Part shown: positions 20,301 to 28,157 of the stretch, piece after piece
Numbering within the stretch: the first letter of the stretch is position 1
Layout of the letters: every line of letters begins with the position of its first letter
Assembly: GCA_964542585.1 (NCBI GenBank)
Contig: CAZIUI010000011.1
Coordinates: 5,831-69,830, forward strand
Reading direction: 5' to 3'
DNA from: an uncultured Sphingobacteriales bacterium
GTDB lineage: Bacteria; Bacteroidota; Bacteroidia; CAILMK01; CAYYUA01
Length of the DNA: 64,000 nt
Translations under genes and position numbers: made by a program
The notes under the pieces: generated by a model
Database searches by the model: none
The model's input: only the letters and a program-made list of their open reading frames with translations
What the model was told of the DNA's origin: nothing

Positions 20301-23179
20301 TGGTAACCAATAACCGCTCCTGTAAAGACACCACCCAACAAAAAGTAAACAGCTATGCAAAACCTACTGCTGATTTCACGGCTCCAGTGGTTTGTGAGAC
20401 CCAAGCCACGCCTTTCCAGGATCAGTCGAGCATAGCAAGCGGAGGTATCACGACCTGGTCATGGGAGTTTAATGCACCTGGGGGTACATCCAGCCGCGTC
20501 AATCCTAGCTTTACCTATCCGGATGGCGGCAGTTATCAGCCCCAGCTTATTATCACAAGCAATGAAAACTGCCGGGATACGATTTCTAAGGTTGTAACAG
20601 TGAATCCGATTCCAGAGCCAGGTTTTACTGTCAATGATACCTGTTTTAACCAACCAACGTCCTTTGAAGATACAAGTAGCATTCAATCCGGTAGCATTGC
20701 TAATAGGGAATGGGTGCTAGGTGATGGGACCACTGTTAGTAACCAAACGACCTTTACGTATACTTATCCCGGTCCAAAAACCTATCAGTCCAAGCTTAAA
20801 GCCATTTCTATCAAAGGATGCATTGATTCCGTTTCTAAACCGACAAGGGTCCAATTTTTACCCCAAGCAGACTTTAGCAGCGATACCGTCTGCAGTAATA
20901 AGCCCACAACCTTTACCGATTCTTCCGCTGTTAAAAAGTCAAGTATTGTCTCATGGGAATGGAAATTTGGTGATGGTTCACAATCCAGCATTGCCAATCC
21001 ACAGCACATTTACCGAAAAGGAGGGCAATATCCTACCCGTTTAGTGGTGAGGTCATCCAAAGGCTGTTTAGATACGAACCGGCAAAATACGCAGGTTTAT
21101 TTCAAGCCGGAAGCTGGTTTTGCGGTTGATTCTATATGTTTCCCGGATACGTCATCGTTCACTGACACCAGTGTTGTAACAAATAGCTCGTTTCAGCAGT
21201 GGTCTTGGGATTTTGGGGACGGTTCGTCCGCAAACGTGCAAAACCCTGACTATGCTTATGATACCTTTGGTAGTTATGAAGTCAAGTTGGTAGCTACAAC
21301 ATTACAAGGATGTAAGGATACAGCCAGGGATACGGTTAGGGTGAACCCCAAACCTGTTTCGGATTTTGCTTTTGAGGACACCTGCCAACCCAACCCCGTT
21401 AATTTCCGGGATCAAAGTCAAGTGGACACCGGGCGTTTAGTGGCTTATAAGTGGCAATTTGGCGAAGGGGATACCAGTACCAAGCCCTCGCCTGTCCATC
21501 CTTACGATACCTTTGGCCGTTTTGAAGCTTCGCTTGCGGTTAGAACTGAAAAAAATTGCAGGGATACGGCTATTCAAACAGTGGAAGTTTTTCCAAAGCC
21601 AGTTGCAGGCTTCACGGTTGATAACGTTTGTCGTATTGATACAGCTATTTTCCAAGAGACTTCCTCAGTTGCTGGTAACAGTTCCCTGCAGGATTGGGAC
21701 TGGCAATTGGGTGACAGTACATCAGCAAATGGAGATTCACTAAGCTACACCTACGCAGTTGCAGACACTTATGATGTCGAAATGATAGTTACTACTACAG
21801 ATGGTTGTAAGGATACGGTGGTGAATCCTCTTACCATTTATCCCATGCCGCAGAGCCGGTTTATAACCAATGACTCTTTACAATGCCTGGAATCAGAAAA
21901 CTTTAGTTTTACCAATGAAACCACCATTAAGTGGGGATCCAGTAGTTACAATTGGAGGAGTTTCAGGTTGATAGACTCTTCGTTATCTGACCAGGCTACG
22001 AGTTTAGATTATCAGCGTCAATTTAGGGATACCGGAGATTATAAAGTGGAATTGAAAGCCATTTCTAACTTCAATTGTTCAACCAGAGATAGCCAGGTTG
22101 TTAAGGTTTACCCTGATCCTCAAGCAACTTTTACTGTGAACAATGGTTGTATCAATGATCCATTAAAGTTATTGGACCGCAGTCAAGTAGGAAAGGGAGT
22201 CGTTGACAGTTGGCTTTGGAAACCTGGAAATGGTAACTTAAAAATCCAACAAGATCCCCAGGCAAGCTATGATACAGGTGGTATTTATCCGATACAGCTA
22301 GTTGCAACCACTAACGCGGGCTGCGATGATACGGCTCAGCAAAACAACCGCATTTATGGTAAACCAGAGCCGGCAACCATGAGGCGGGTAACCGTGAAAG
22401 AAGATTCTTTTGCAAGAATTGAGTGGGAGCCTTCTCCTAGTCCTAATCCCGGTTTCTACGAAATTTACCGCTCTAATACATCGCCCACCACCAGTGGCTC
22501 GCCATTGGGAACTTTCCAACCGAATAATACAGTTGTACGGGATTTCAATGTAATGGTAGATTCCCAGGATTATTACTACACCCTCAATTTTGTAGATAGT
22601 TGTGGTATCCCTTACCCGTTTAACAACTTTGGCCGCACGATTCATTTGGACGTTGAGACCGATGTCCGCTTTCCAGAGTTATCTTTTAATTCTTACGAAG
22701 GATGGCCAAGGGGTGTTAAGGATTACCAGGTTCAGTGGAGTAGTAATCGTACTGTTGGTTTTGAGCCTGTGAAGGCCGTTGATACCAATGAGTTCAAGGA
22801 TAGCTTAACAAGAGGGTTTGGGAATCCGTACTGCTACCGAATTGTAGCCCGTAAGGCCGATTCGACCTCGGTGATCAGTGTCTCCAATGTAAGCTGTGTG
22901 AATTCAGATTCTAAAATTTATATCCCTGAAGCGTTTTCCCCCAATGATGATAACCACAATGACCTTTTTAGGCCTAAAGGGAGTTTTGTGTTAGATTACA
23001 ACATTAAGATCTTTAACCGTTGGGGTGAAAAGATATTCGAGAGTAATGACAGGCAAAAAGCTTGGGACGGAAAGTATAAGGGAGAAGAAGCACCAACTGG
23101 TATTTATCAATATCAAGTAATAGTACAGGGAACAGAAGATGTTATATCCAAGTCAGGGACTGTCACCCTTATCCGTTAG
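14336..23179 (+). CDS. Giant PKD-repeat cell-surface adhesin with gliding-motility-associated / T9SS type-B C-terminal domain
   Basis: ORF runs from 14264, but Met at 14336 precedes a good signal peptide (MLKSSVFGVLKEIIFWLIFIGLVIPEFCIAQ). ~28-30 repeats with PKD signature (W-x-F-G-D-G ... Y-x-V-x-L). C-terminus (KIYIPEAFSPNDDNHNDLFRPKG...KAWDGKYKGEEAPTGIYQYQV) matches the gliding motility-associated C-terminal domain of SprB/CHU-type proteins. Confidence 0.85.
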   Translation: MLKSSVFGVLKEIIFWLIFIGLVIPEFCIAQNSCTPKFTLSTKTVCSSDTLSITNQSTGSNLAYKWTFKDNNGNKIKTRSNKSPSVTFNNPGSSQLNYSVQLVITNASGCDDTLTKNFTLKPQPTAVFSMDSSRFCKSGTVNFTDASKGNGLSYQWDFGVASKTGDTAVVANPSYKYKDTGVYKPTLTVTNGQGCDDQATKKVVVGNPPVADFKVRNNCKKQSTKFTDISQTFSDSVAKWDWDFGDNSGSSLKNPNHQYSSKSTFNVSLKITLAGGCVDSTSDNVKIHSTPSASIGDTGICENNNVSFTGSKPSSASSFKWKFGDGKVESNNINPFHVYAQSGAYQPSLAVTFPDNRTCEVPTDSLEVFGNSAINATITTADTQCSKGNQVCLVDSTPASSNVTITNRTVLYGDGAKSQDSGSNVRKFCHSYSQSNNTYSVQLTVKSQSGCKASKNFNSAIFVRKPWTASFSTQYQTQCFGTPVTFTNQTGLDSSNASSFKWDFDNGETDTTRWTGFTKTYNKNGAFSPSLTVTSKYGCTRSFELSKGAENVSFNFNITASADTLCFGGKKLELSQPPIKNANFTWFYGDGDSQNQNVTGWTTTHEYPNPGQYTYKLKVSNGNCDSTSPLDTVNIIGVNPNFSIKDSFEFMCGVPDSVVFVDSALNPEQSIHYGVPNTQRIWDFGDTLAPSCTTNTAKGKNVNKNCRYSRDSVSVAHSYPKNQPDCYEATITFDDTVSGCKSSKTTEIALQKPEAGPDSSHSPPLPGAKFISDNECLGPESRKSVEVNLDSIQPQCGPENYWVMWDSTCAEKSGNFSAQWENAPVSHTYGYDDQPCESDGTRTIGLVVQNGTDSNGNLCKDTAWYTDEIQQASVDPRITSDFKPSADRCPPVNVTFSLKDSLNQDSVSSYTWKIDDDTFVRNNPSPISYKFKKHKEYEVSVKIRQFRLEDSCIATPTSRSDGFIELGVGFRGGFRAKKTRVCKGESVTLRDSVKYWDTTRINSNFTIDFWGQSSRRNAGKETLKWDYGDGQGFKGPSHDPVNSYDTIGEYDVSLAIKDSSGCRDTITKKDLIRVYGVNASFGSKPRELICTPDAQFFDSSTLVDSGTSFPGHPNDTVVKWEWQFGDGKPKSFVRNPAHNYTTNDTFDVKMEVESNQGCKDSITKGYTIPGPAPSFSIVGGDTLGCKPHTALFNNNSKSSTSYVWEFGDPNNNVISTRADTNVDFTYKKAGEYAVYLVGRDSVTNPLTNTKEFCSATFPDTTLQDKKIVKVRGQPTSSFTAITSCNKQVSFQEDAKSTPTSSITKYKWQFDTQGSSTQADTNFTFSKPGNYTVDLIVTNKAGCKDTASQQVSIPFIPNAKFKAKNACVGQSINFQDQSMVKKDSIQKWKWKFGDGDTSSAENPSHSYSIAGNYTVQLTVTSFSGCKDTVSQTLNIPGKPSVAYTINRKCSNQDLNLQNNTTSDSGSLSYQWEFGDGTTASTAMPSKTYSSSGNYQVELVADVKYTTLTCTDSLSKNVTIDPTPNSQYSVSNTCLNKTVNFTNQSTIPSGSISSYQWSFDDGGSSSQKSPDYQYANDGSYKPELIATSAEGCEDTAQQSLQVHPVPQASFTANNACENDTINLQNNTTLKQGTLTYDWAFGDGTTSTKTSPDKAYSSDGNYQIEEIATSGKGCKDTANQSITVNPRSSPSFSFSDDCEKDTVSFTNNTTGPGGLSYDWEFGDGSSSTSANPQKVYSTDGNYQVKLISTTPSNCKDSLTKTIAIFPNPDPGYTVTNNCVDAAVSFQNNTTVDSGSLSYQWQFGDGNSSTVANPSNTYTSYKFFNVSLTANTNEGCSADTTGSIRPFPLPTATYTVQDTCEQQPHFFQNNSSIANGSVSYQWDFDDGSQSTSTSPMHQYASQGTYQPQLTATSNKGCIDSVTQSVEAFNKPIAQFGFTNKCQPQAIPFRDQSVTSSGNAIQAFNWDFGDGNSSSKENPDYTYNKFGTYNVTLVVTNNRSCKDTTQQKVNSYAKPTADFTAPVVCETQATPFQDQSSIASGGITTWSWEFNAPGGTSSRVNPSFTYPDGGSYQPQLIITSNENCRDTISKVVTVNPIPEPGFTVNDTCFNQPTSFEDTSSIQSGSIANREWVLGDGTTVSNQTTFTYTYPGPKTYQSKLKAISIKGCIDSVSKPTRVQFLPQADFSSDTVCSNKPTTFTDSSAVKKSSIVSWEWKFGDGSQSSIANPQHIYRKGGQYPTRLVVRSSKGCLDTNRQNTQVYFKPEAGFAVDSICFPDTSSFTDTSVVTNSSFQQWSWDFGDGSSANVQNPDYAYDTFGSYEVKLVATTLQGCKDTARDTVRVNPKPVSDFAFEDTCQPNPVNFRDQSQVDTGRLVAYKWQFGEGDTSTKPSPVHPYDTFGRFEASLAVRTEKNCRDTAIQTVEVFPKPVAGFTVDNVCRIDTAIFQETSSVAGNSSLQDWDWQLGDSTSANGDSLSYTYAVADTYDVEMIVTTTDGCKDTVVNPLTIYPMPQSRFITNDSLQCLESENFSFTNETTIKWGSSSYNWRSFRLIDSSLSDQATSLDYQRQFRDTGDYKVELKAISNFNCSTRDSQVVKVYPDPQATFTVNNGCINDPLKLLDRSQVGKGVVDSWLWKPGNGNLKIQQDPQASYDTGGIYPIQLVATTNAGCDDTAQQNNRIYGKPEPATMRRVTVKEDSFARIEWEPSPSPNPGFYEIYRSNTSPTTSGSPLGTFQPNNTVVRDFNVMVDSQDYYYTLNFVDSCGIPYPFNNFGRTIHLDVETDVRFPELSFNSYEGWPRGVKDYQVQWSSNRTVGFEPVKAVDTNEFKDSLTRGFGNPYCYRIVARKADSTSVISVSNVSCVNSDSKIYIPEAFSPNDDNHNDLFRPKGSFVLDYNIKIFNRWGEKIFESNDRQKAWDGKYKGEEAPTGIYQYQVIVQGTEDVISKSGTVTLIR
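14400..22350 (+). repeat. Tandem coding repeats (~260-280 bp period) encoding PKD domains inside the giant adhesin gene
   Basis: Recurrent WxFGDG / NPxHxY / CxDT motifs at ~88-aa spacing throughout the protein. Confidence 0.7.
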
Positions 23180-23210
23180 AGAAAAGGACGAACATCAAAC
23201 TAGGAAGGTA

Positions 23211-23444
23211 CTATACGTCTAGAATAACTTTTTGTTTTTTATATTTAGACTTTCGGTACCAGAGATAACCCAGAATGCCGACTATTGAAAATTTCATGGC
23301 AACCAATGCCATTAGGCTACCCACAATAATGTTGGATTGATAAGCAGCTGATTGCGTTTGTGTTACGCTTTCTTCTCCGGTAACAGGTAGTCCTGTAAAT
23401 AAAAGCATTAGAAAGCAACAACTTAGCAAAGTATAATACCTCAT
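23211..23444 (-). CDS. Small hypothetical membrane protein (77 aa)
   Basis: Two hydrophobic segments (LLSCCFLMLLFTGLPV; IIVGSLMALVAMKFSIVGILGYLW) and basic C-terminus; immediately downstream of the oxidase subunit III-like gene on same strand. Confidence 0.4.
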   Translation of the reverse strand: MRYYTLLSCCFLMLLFTGLPVTGEESVTQTQSAAYQSNIIVGSLMALVAMKFSIVGILGYLWYRKSKYKKQKVILDV

Positions 23445-23449
23445 AAGCG

Positions 23450-24076
23450 CTAGTTAAAAATCCAAAGGATTAAAAAAACAAAAATCCATAGGCCATCTAC
23501 GAAATGCCAATATGTACTACAATTTATCATGGGCTTTTGGTTCCTTGAGTGGATCACAAAATGCCCTGATAACCACCTAATTCTAAGTAAAAAAACAAGG
23601 CCTCCAATAATATGTAGCGCATGAATCCCCGAAATGATGTAAATAAATCCCAATGCGGGATTATTACTTAAGCTTACCTCAAGCTGAAAAAGCTGATACC
23701 ATCCAGCCGCCTGAGACAGTAGAAAAGCGCTACCAAGGAGCAACGTAAACAAAAGCCCGTCCCGTAATTGATTAATTTCATCTTGCCGAACCGCTAACCT
23801 CGCCCTGTGTAACATTCCTGAGCTACTAATTATTAAAAACGTGCTCAGGAAAAATTCCCAGGGAATATTAAAAGGAACGGCTTGGCTTTGAGCAAAAAGT
23901 AGCACATGGGCTGTCAGTAGTCCTGTAAAAACAATGGTGATGGTTCCAAGGAAGCCCCATAGCATGAATTGCTTTGGATCCATGCGTTGATCTTCCTTTT
24001 CTACATTGATAGTAATGGTCTGAAAAGCTGGATTCTCAGGCTTTTTTTCTTTCTTTTTTTTGCCCTTAAAAAGCAT
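23450..24076 (-). CDS. Heme-copper oxidase subunit III-like membrane protein
   Basis: ~5 TM helices with subunit-III-like motifs (FFLSTFLIISSSGM, HxxHIIGGLVFL, YWHFVDGLWIFVF). Lysine-rich N-terminus. No subunit I/II genes in window. Confidence 0.55.
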   Translation of the reverse strand: MLFKGKKKKEKKPENPAFQTITINVEKEDQRMDPKQFMLWGFLGTITIVFTGLLTAHVLLFAQSQAVPFNIPWEFFLSTFLIISSSGMLHRARLAVRQDEINQLRDGLLFTLLLGSAFLLSQAAGWYQLFQLEVSLSNNPALGFIYIISGIHALHIIGGLVFLLRIRWLSGHFVIHSRNQKPMINCSTYWHFVDGLWIFVFLILWIFN

Positions 24077-24091
24077 AATAGTTGGAGGTTA

Positions 24092-25081
24092 TTAAAACAA
24101 TGCATGATTAGTGGCAAAGGTTGACAAATAACCCGTCTTATCATTTATAGCTTTTGACATAGCTGAAAATTGATTTGGTTCAAACCAGAGGGAATCCTTA
24201 TTGCGCCGAAACCAGGTTATCTGGCGCTTGGCAAATTGACGCGTATGTGCTTTGAATTTTTGCACCGCTTCTTCAAAAGAGGTGTAACCTTCAAGGTAAT
24301 CAAAAAATTCTTGATAGCCGACTGTCTGTAATACGCTATAATGCCGAAAAGGATAAAGTTCCTTTACTTCCTCGAGAAGTCCTTCTTTAAGCATCTCATC
24401 ACAGCGGTAATTGATACGTTCGTGCAGGGTTGCCCTGGGTAAAGCAAGCGTGAGACTCAAGACCTTGAAATTTTTTTGAGATGACGGGCTTTTTTGCCAA
24501 TACTTGGTAATGGAATAGCCTGTAGTGAAGTAAATTTCAAGCGCCCTCAAAATTCTTGCAGGGTTAGAGGTTTCAATTGCCTTATAAGCCTCGGGATCAA
24601 GTTCAGCTAGTTTAGTAGCTAATGCTGTTTTTCCATGTTGATCCAGTTGATCCTGTAATTTTTCTCTTATGCTAGGATCCGGAGCAGGTAATGGATCTAG
24701 GCCTTGTAACAAGGCTTTAAGGTAAAGACCGGACCCGCCAACTACTAAAGCAACATCCCGATGTTTGAATACCTCTTCTAAAAAATCCAGCCCTTCCTGC
24801 TCAAAATCTGCCGCTGATACCGGATTATGAATGGAGTGCGTATCTACAAAGCCATGAGATACGATGGCTAATTGTTCCTTTGATGGTTTAGCTGTTCCAA
24901 TGTTTAATTCTTGATAACATTGCCGGGAGTCAGCTGATAGGATTTTAGTACCAAGGGCTTGGGCTAAAGTTACAGCCACCTCGGTTTTACCAACGGCTGT
25001 TGGCCCGTTGACAACGATAACCCACGGCTGGGCGGTTTTTCCACTTCCCTGTGGCTCAGGTGTAGAGGTTGTCATCGTCAT
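24092..25081 (-). CDS. miaA: tRNA dimethylallyltransferase
   Basis: P-loop VVNGPTAVGKTEVAVTLAQALGTKILSADSRQCYQELNIGTAKPS typical of MiaA; ORF extends to 25132, but starts at Met 25081/25075 reduce the overlap with the upstream gene. Confidence 0.85.
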   Translation of the reverse strand: MTMTTSTPEPQGSGKTAQPWVIVVNGPTAVGKTEVAVTLAQALGTKILSADSRQCYQELNIGTAKPSKEQLAIVSHGFVDTHSIHNPVSAADFEQEGLDFLEEVFKHRDVALVVGGSGLYLKALLQGLDPLPAPDPSIREKLQDQLDQHGKTALATKLAELDPEAYKAIETSNPARILRALEIYFTTGYSITKYWQKSPSSQKNFKVLSLTLALPRATLHERINYRCDEMLKEGLLEEVKELYPFRHYSVLQTVGYQEFFDYLEGYTSFEEAVQKFKAHTRQFAKRQITWFRRNKDSLWFEPNQFSAMSKAINDKTGYLSTFATNHALF

Positions 25082-25625
25082 AAGGCTCAGTACCGTTCTC
25101 ATCGTCTTGGAAATCATCACTATCCTGGCCAAGGTTAAGACCTTGCTGCTTTAGCTGCTCTATCAATTCCTGATCCTCATCTGATAAGGCTTCGGGATAG
25201 TGACTTTGCTCTCCATACTGGTCAGGGGATGTACCTGCTTCTTCTACCAGCACAGGATATTCCCAATTCGGATTGGGCGCTGCTATAGCTATAAGCTCCA
25301 AGTAAAACGTCCACAGCAAGATAAAATCATAAACGTAAACCAATCGTGCTTCCGGTTGCGTCAGTTTATCCTCCAATCTTAGGGATCCCATGGTTGTGGG
25401 TGCATTTTCATCACCCATGTCCATTAAAGTGAGCTCTTCACCTTTTTGCCAAGAGGCATCGCTGATATAAAAAGATGCAAGCTGGGCATCATCAAAATTG
25501 ACAGCACTTAAAACGGCTAAGTGGAGCGCCTCAAAAGTGTAGTCCCCGGGAATATCGATGATCCGTTCAAAGGCTTCATCGTCCGGCATGGTTATACTAA
25601 AGCGGTAAATCTGCTGATCTGCCAT
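25056..25625 (-). CDS. Hypothetical protein with pRiA4b ORF-3-like core and highly acidic C-terminal tail
   Basis: Core motif VYVYDFILLW resembles the Y-x-YDF-x-x-W signature of the pRiA4b ORF-3-like family; C-terminal 60 aa are D/E-rich (SDEDQELIEQ...DDFQDDENGTEPYDDDNLYT). Start taken at MADQQ. Confidence 0.45.
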   Translation of the reverse strand: MADQQIYRFSITMPDDEAFERIIDIPGDYTFEALHLAVLSAVNFDDAQLASFYISDASWQKGEELTLMDMGDENAPTTMGSLRLEDKLTQPEARLVYVYDFILLWTFYLELIAIAAPNPNWEYPVLVEEAGTSPDQYGEQSHYPEALSDEDQELIEQLKQQGLNLGQDSDDFQDDENGTEPYDDDNLYT

Positions 25626-25939
25626 AAAAAATCGTAGTAAGGTTTTAGAAAGCAAGTTAAAAGGTTCGGATGAATTTTGAATGCGTAAACGTTGTATAAA
25701 GTAGGATTTTCAATAAGCTTGTAATCCAATCATTAAAATTTTATTAAAAAGCAACTTTACAACCTATTGAAACGTCTTTACGACAGTTAACACTGAAACA
25801 AGGTCTTTTAAAATTTAGTGAAAATGATGGTACCACGCTTTGGTGTTTTAGGAAGTTTTGTAAATGACTATTTAATATATTATATTTGTAAGTCTTAATC
25901 TATTTGCATAGCGTATTTTTAGCTTTTTTTATAATAAAA

Positions 25940-25947
25940 TAACTTTG
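25940..25947 (+). promoter_or_regulatory. Candidate -7 promoter element TAACTTTG (TAnnTTTG) upstream of CAP-domain lipoprotein gene
   Basis: Exact match to Bacteroidetes -7 consensus in AT-rich 340-bp intergenic region, ~95 nt upstream of the ATG at 26043. Confidence 0.25.
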
Positions 25948-25973
25948 ATAAAAAAGTCATTTTTAATAAAAAT

Positions 25974-25992
25974 CAATTCAATTCAATTCAAT
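25974..25992 (+). repeat. Pentanucleotide microsatellite (CAATT)x3.8
   Basis: caattcaattcaattcaat read directly; lies between the candidate promoter and the start codon of the CAP-domain gene. Confidence 0.6.
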
Positions 25993-26042
25993 AATTGAAA
26001 ATTACCCAAATGTGCCATAACCAAAAAGCTCTAAATTTTATG

Positions 26043-26738
26043 AGAAGATTAGCCTTCCTTTCCTTCTTTGCATTTGCCGTTGTTCTATTTTCTTGCAGCG
26101 ATGAAAATGGTGATGATACCTACACCCCGAATCCTGGTAACAACCCTTCTGATTCTACCAACAATCCGTCCGATTCAACGAATAACGGAGATGATACCGT
26201 AAACAAGCCGGCTGATACTCTTCCTCTGAAAATCGGATGTAATAACAGCAAGGAAAAGAAATTGATCCGGAAGATCAGAAACTACAGGGATAGCAAGGGC
26301 CTCAAAGAAATTCCCCTATCCCAATCAATGACGACAGTTGCGGATTATCACGTTGCTGACCTCAATAAATACACCCCGGAAAAAGATAGGGAAAACTGCA
26401 ACCTGCACACCTGGTCCTCAAACTGGGACTGGCCCGGATGCTGCTACAAACCCGACCATTCCAATGCCTCATGCATTTGGGACAAGCCAAGGCAAATCAC
26501 CAATTACACCGGTAACGGGTATGAGATAGCTTACTGGTCAGGTGGCGCCGAAGCGGATCCTCAAACAGCCCTAGAAGTATGGAAGCGTTCATCAGGACAC
26601 AATAATATTATTATTAATAAAGATACTTGGTCTGATGTAGAATGGAATGCTATAGGGGCAAGTATCTCTGGAAATTATGCGGTTGTTTGGTTTGGTAAAA
26701 AAGATGATTCGGCAGGTAAGCCTGAGGATTGTTCCTAA
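26043..26738 (+). CDS. CAP/SCP (PR-1-like) domain lipoprotein
   Basis: Lipoprotein signal MRRLAFLSFFAFAVVLFSCSDENGDD (lipobox FSC + acidic residues); C-terminal region with CAP-like motifs (SGHNNIIINKD...NAIGASISGNYAVVWFG); N/P/S/D/T-rich low-complexity linker (NNPSDSTNNPSDSTNNGDD). Confidence 0.55.
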   Translation, partial: RRLAFLSFFAFAVVLFSCSDENGDDTYTPNPGNNPSDSTNNPSDSTNNGDDTVNKPADTLPLKIGCNNSKEKKLIRKIRNYRDSKGLKEIPLSQSMTTVADYHVADLNKYTPEKDRENCNLHTWSSNWDWPGCCYKPDHSNASCIWDKPRQITNYTGNGYEIAYWSGGAEADPQTALEVWKRSSGHNNIIINKDTWSDVEWNAIGASISGNYAVVWFGKKDDSAGKPEDCS

Positions 26739-26789
26739 AAAAGGCGTTAGCCTCTAATGCTGGATTTGAAATGTTGTAGCGCTACTAAA

Positions 26790-26832
26790 AAAGAAAAGCC
26801 CAATTGTACGTACGGTTGGGCTTTTCTTTTTT
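26790..26832. terminator. Bidirectional intrinsic terminator between convergent genes
   Basis: Hairpin AAAAGCCCAATTGTACG/TACGGTTGGGCTTTT (with G-U pairs) flanked by A-run upstream and T-run (CTTTTTTG) downstream. Confidence 0.5.
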
Positions 26833-26981
26833 GCCATACCAGTTTATTTAGAATTGTTGATAACTACCATTAAGAATGAAAAAACGCTTGGAAATAGTTG
26901 TAAAACAGGAAAAGGTATTTGAATGAGAAAATTAACAAGGTTCTATACTGAAAGGGGTTACCACGTTTACAAATAGCTAGA

Positions 26982-28136
26982 TCACTGCCGTAATACCTTT
27001 ACGACCGAATCTCTGAACTCTTCATAAACTGGGTTCAGGTCGCTTTCCCCATTTAGCCCGTAATTCACTAGCGAAATGAAGGTTAGATCTCCCTTTGGAA
27101 AATACCACATTTCTCCGCTGTAAGCCAGATCCTTACCACTATGCCCAATGGCATACCTGTTCATAGAATCCTTTGGAAAGTCTTTCATCACACCTAACCC
27201 AATACCGGGATAAGCCTCTGCCTCTCGGAAAGTTTGCATCTGTTGAAGGCGTTTTTCAGGTAGCAGGCTTCGGCTTCGAAAAAGGGCCTCTATAAAGGTC
27301 TGAAGGTCATAGACAGTTGAGTAAATGCCATTGTACCCATTACCGTTGCCGGTATTGTAATTGGTAAGATCAGCGATATTACCATTGTTATAAAGATCGT
27401 AATAACCGCGAGCAGTGTTCTCTGGTAGCTTCTGTTGTGGGTGGTAAACGGTGTTGGTCATTTTAAGCGGGTCCAGTATTTGCTCCCTAAGCAATTCATA
27501 GTGAGACCGGCCGGTTGCGCCTTCAATAACCAAGCTCAAGAGCAAGTAATTGGTATTGGAATACTGCACATCAATACCGGGCTCAAAGTACGAATCATCA
27601 TCTTCTAAATAGGTAAGGAGTTCCTTTGCGCCCCATTCGTTGGGTGGATCATTTAAAACTGAAAGGTAAAAGTCATCATCGCTTACAATGTCGTAAACGC
27701 CGCTGGTATGGTTCAGGAGTTGCCCAACGGTAGCCTCTTGGGCGTTAGCCACCTCACTGATGTCCTCATCCACATAAGCTTTAACCTTATCATCCAGGCT
27801 CAGCTTACCTTCATCAGCAAGCATGATCACAAGTGTTGCAATGAAAGGCTTGGTAATACTCGCGACCTTGCTTACATGGCAAGGTTTCATTTCCACATCT
27901 CCTTTAATATCCGCCATTCCAGCGGCCCCTGTCCATCTCCCACTGTAGCTACGTATCAGCAAAATGATACCAGGGAGCCCCTTTTTGGTGTAAGTTCTGA
28001 GAATATTTTGCAGTTCTTCAGCCTTAGGATGATTATCAGATCCGGAATTTTGGCAATTCTTCGTTTTTACCAACTGCTCTTTCTCGCAGGCCATTACGAA
28101 TGTTCCTAGCGCTAATGCAAACAGCCAGTGTTTCAT
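26982..28136 (-). CDS. Serine hydrolase, beta-lactamase/PBP4* family
   Basis: Signal peptide + S-x-x-K active-site motif (ASITKPF), ~380 aa typical of class C beta-lactamase-like esterases. Confidence 0.7.
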   Translation of the reverse strand: MKHWLFALALGTFVMACEKEQLVKTKNCQNSGSDNHPKAEELQNILRTYTKKGLPGIILLIRSYSGRWTGAAGMADIKGDVEMKPCHVSKVASITKPFIATLVIMLADEGKLSLDDKVKAYVDEDISEVANAQEATVGQLLNHTSGVYDIVSDDDFYLSVLNDPPNEWGAKELLTYLEDDDSYFEPGIDVQYSNTNYLLLSLVIEGATGRSHYELLREQILDPLKMTNTVYHPQQKLPENTARGYYDLYNNGNIADLTNYNTGNGNGYNGIYSTVYDLQTFIEALFRSRSLLPEKRLQQMQTFREAEAYPGIGLGVMKDFPKDSMNRYAIGHSGKDLAYSGEMWYFPKGDLTFISLVNYGLNGESDLNPVYEEFRDSVVKVLRQ

Positions 28137-28157
28137 AACGGGGAAATTCTTAACTTA

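Noticed and set aside
15106-22645. Numerous 60-115 aa ORFs on both strands inside the giant adhesin gene
   Set aside because: All fall entirely within the 2,971-aa PKD-repeat reading frame, which has consistent domain periodicity; typical spurious ORFs in a long gene.
25961-25995. Short direct repeats (caattcaatt...) considered as possible CRISPR or minisatellite array
   Set aside because: Only ~4 copies of a 5-nt unit with no spacers; no CRISPR-like 25-40 nt repeats with unique spacers anywhere in the window. Retained only as a microsatellite.
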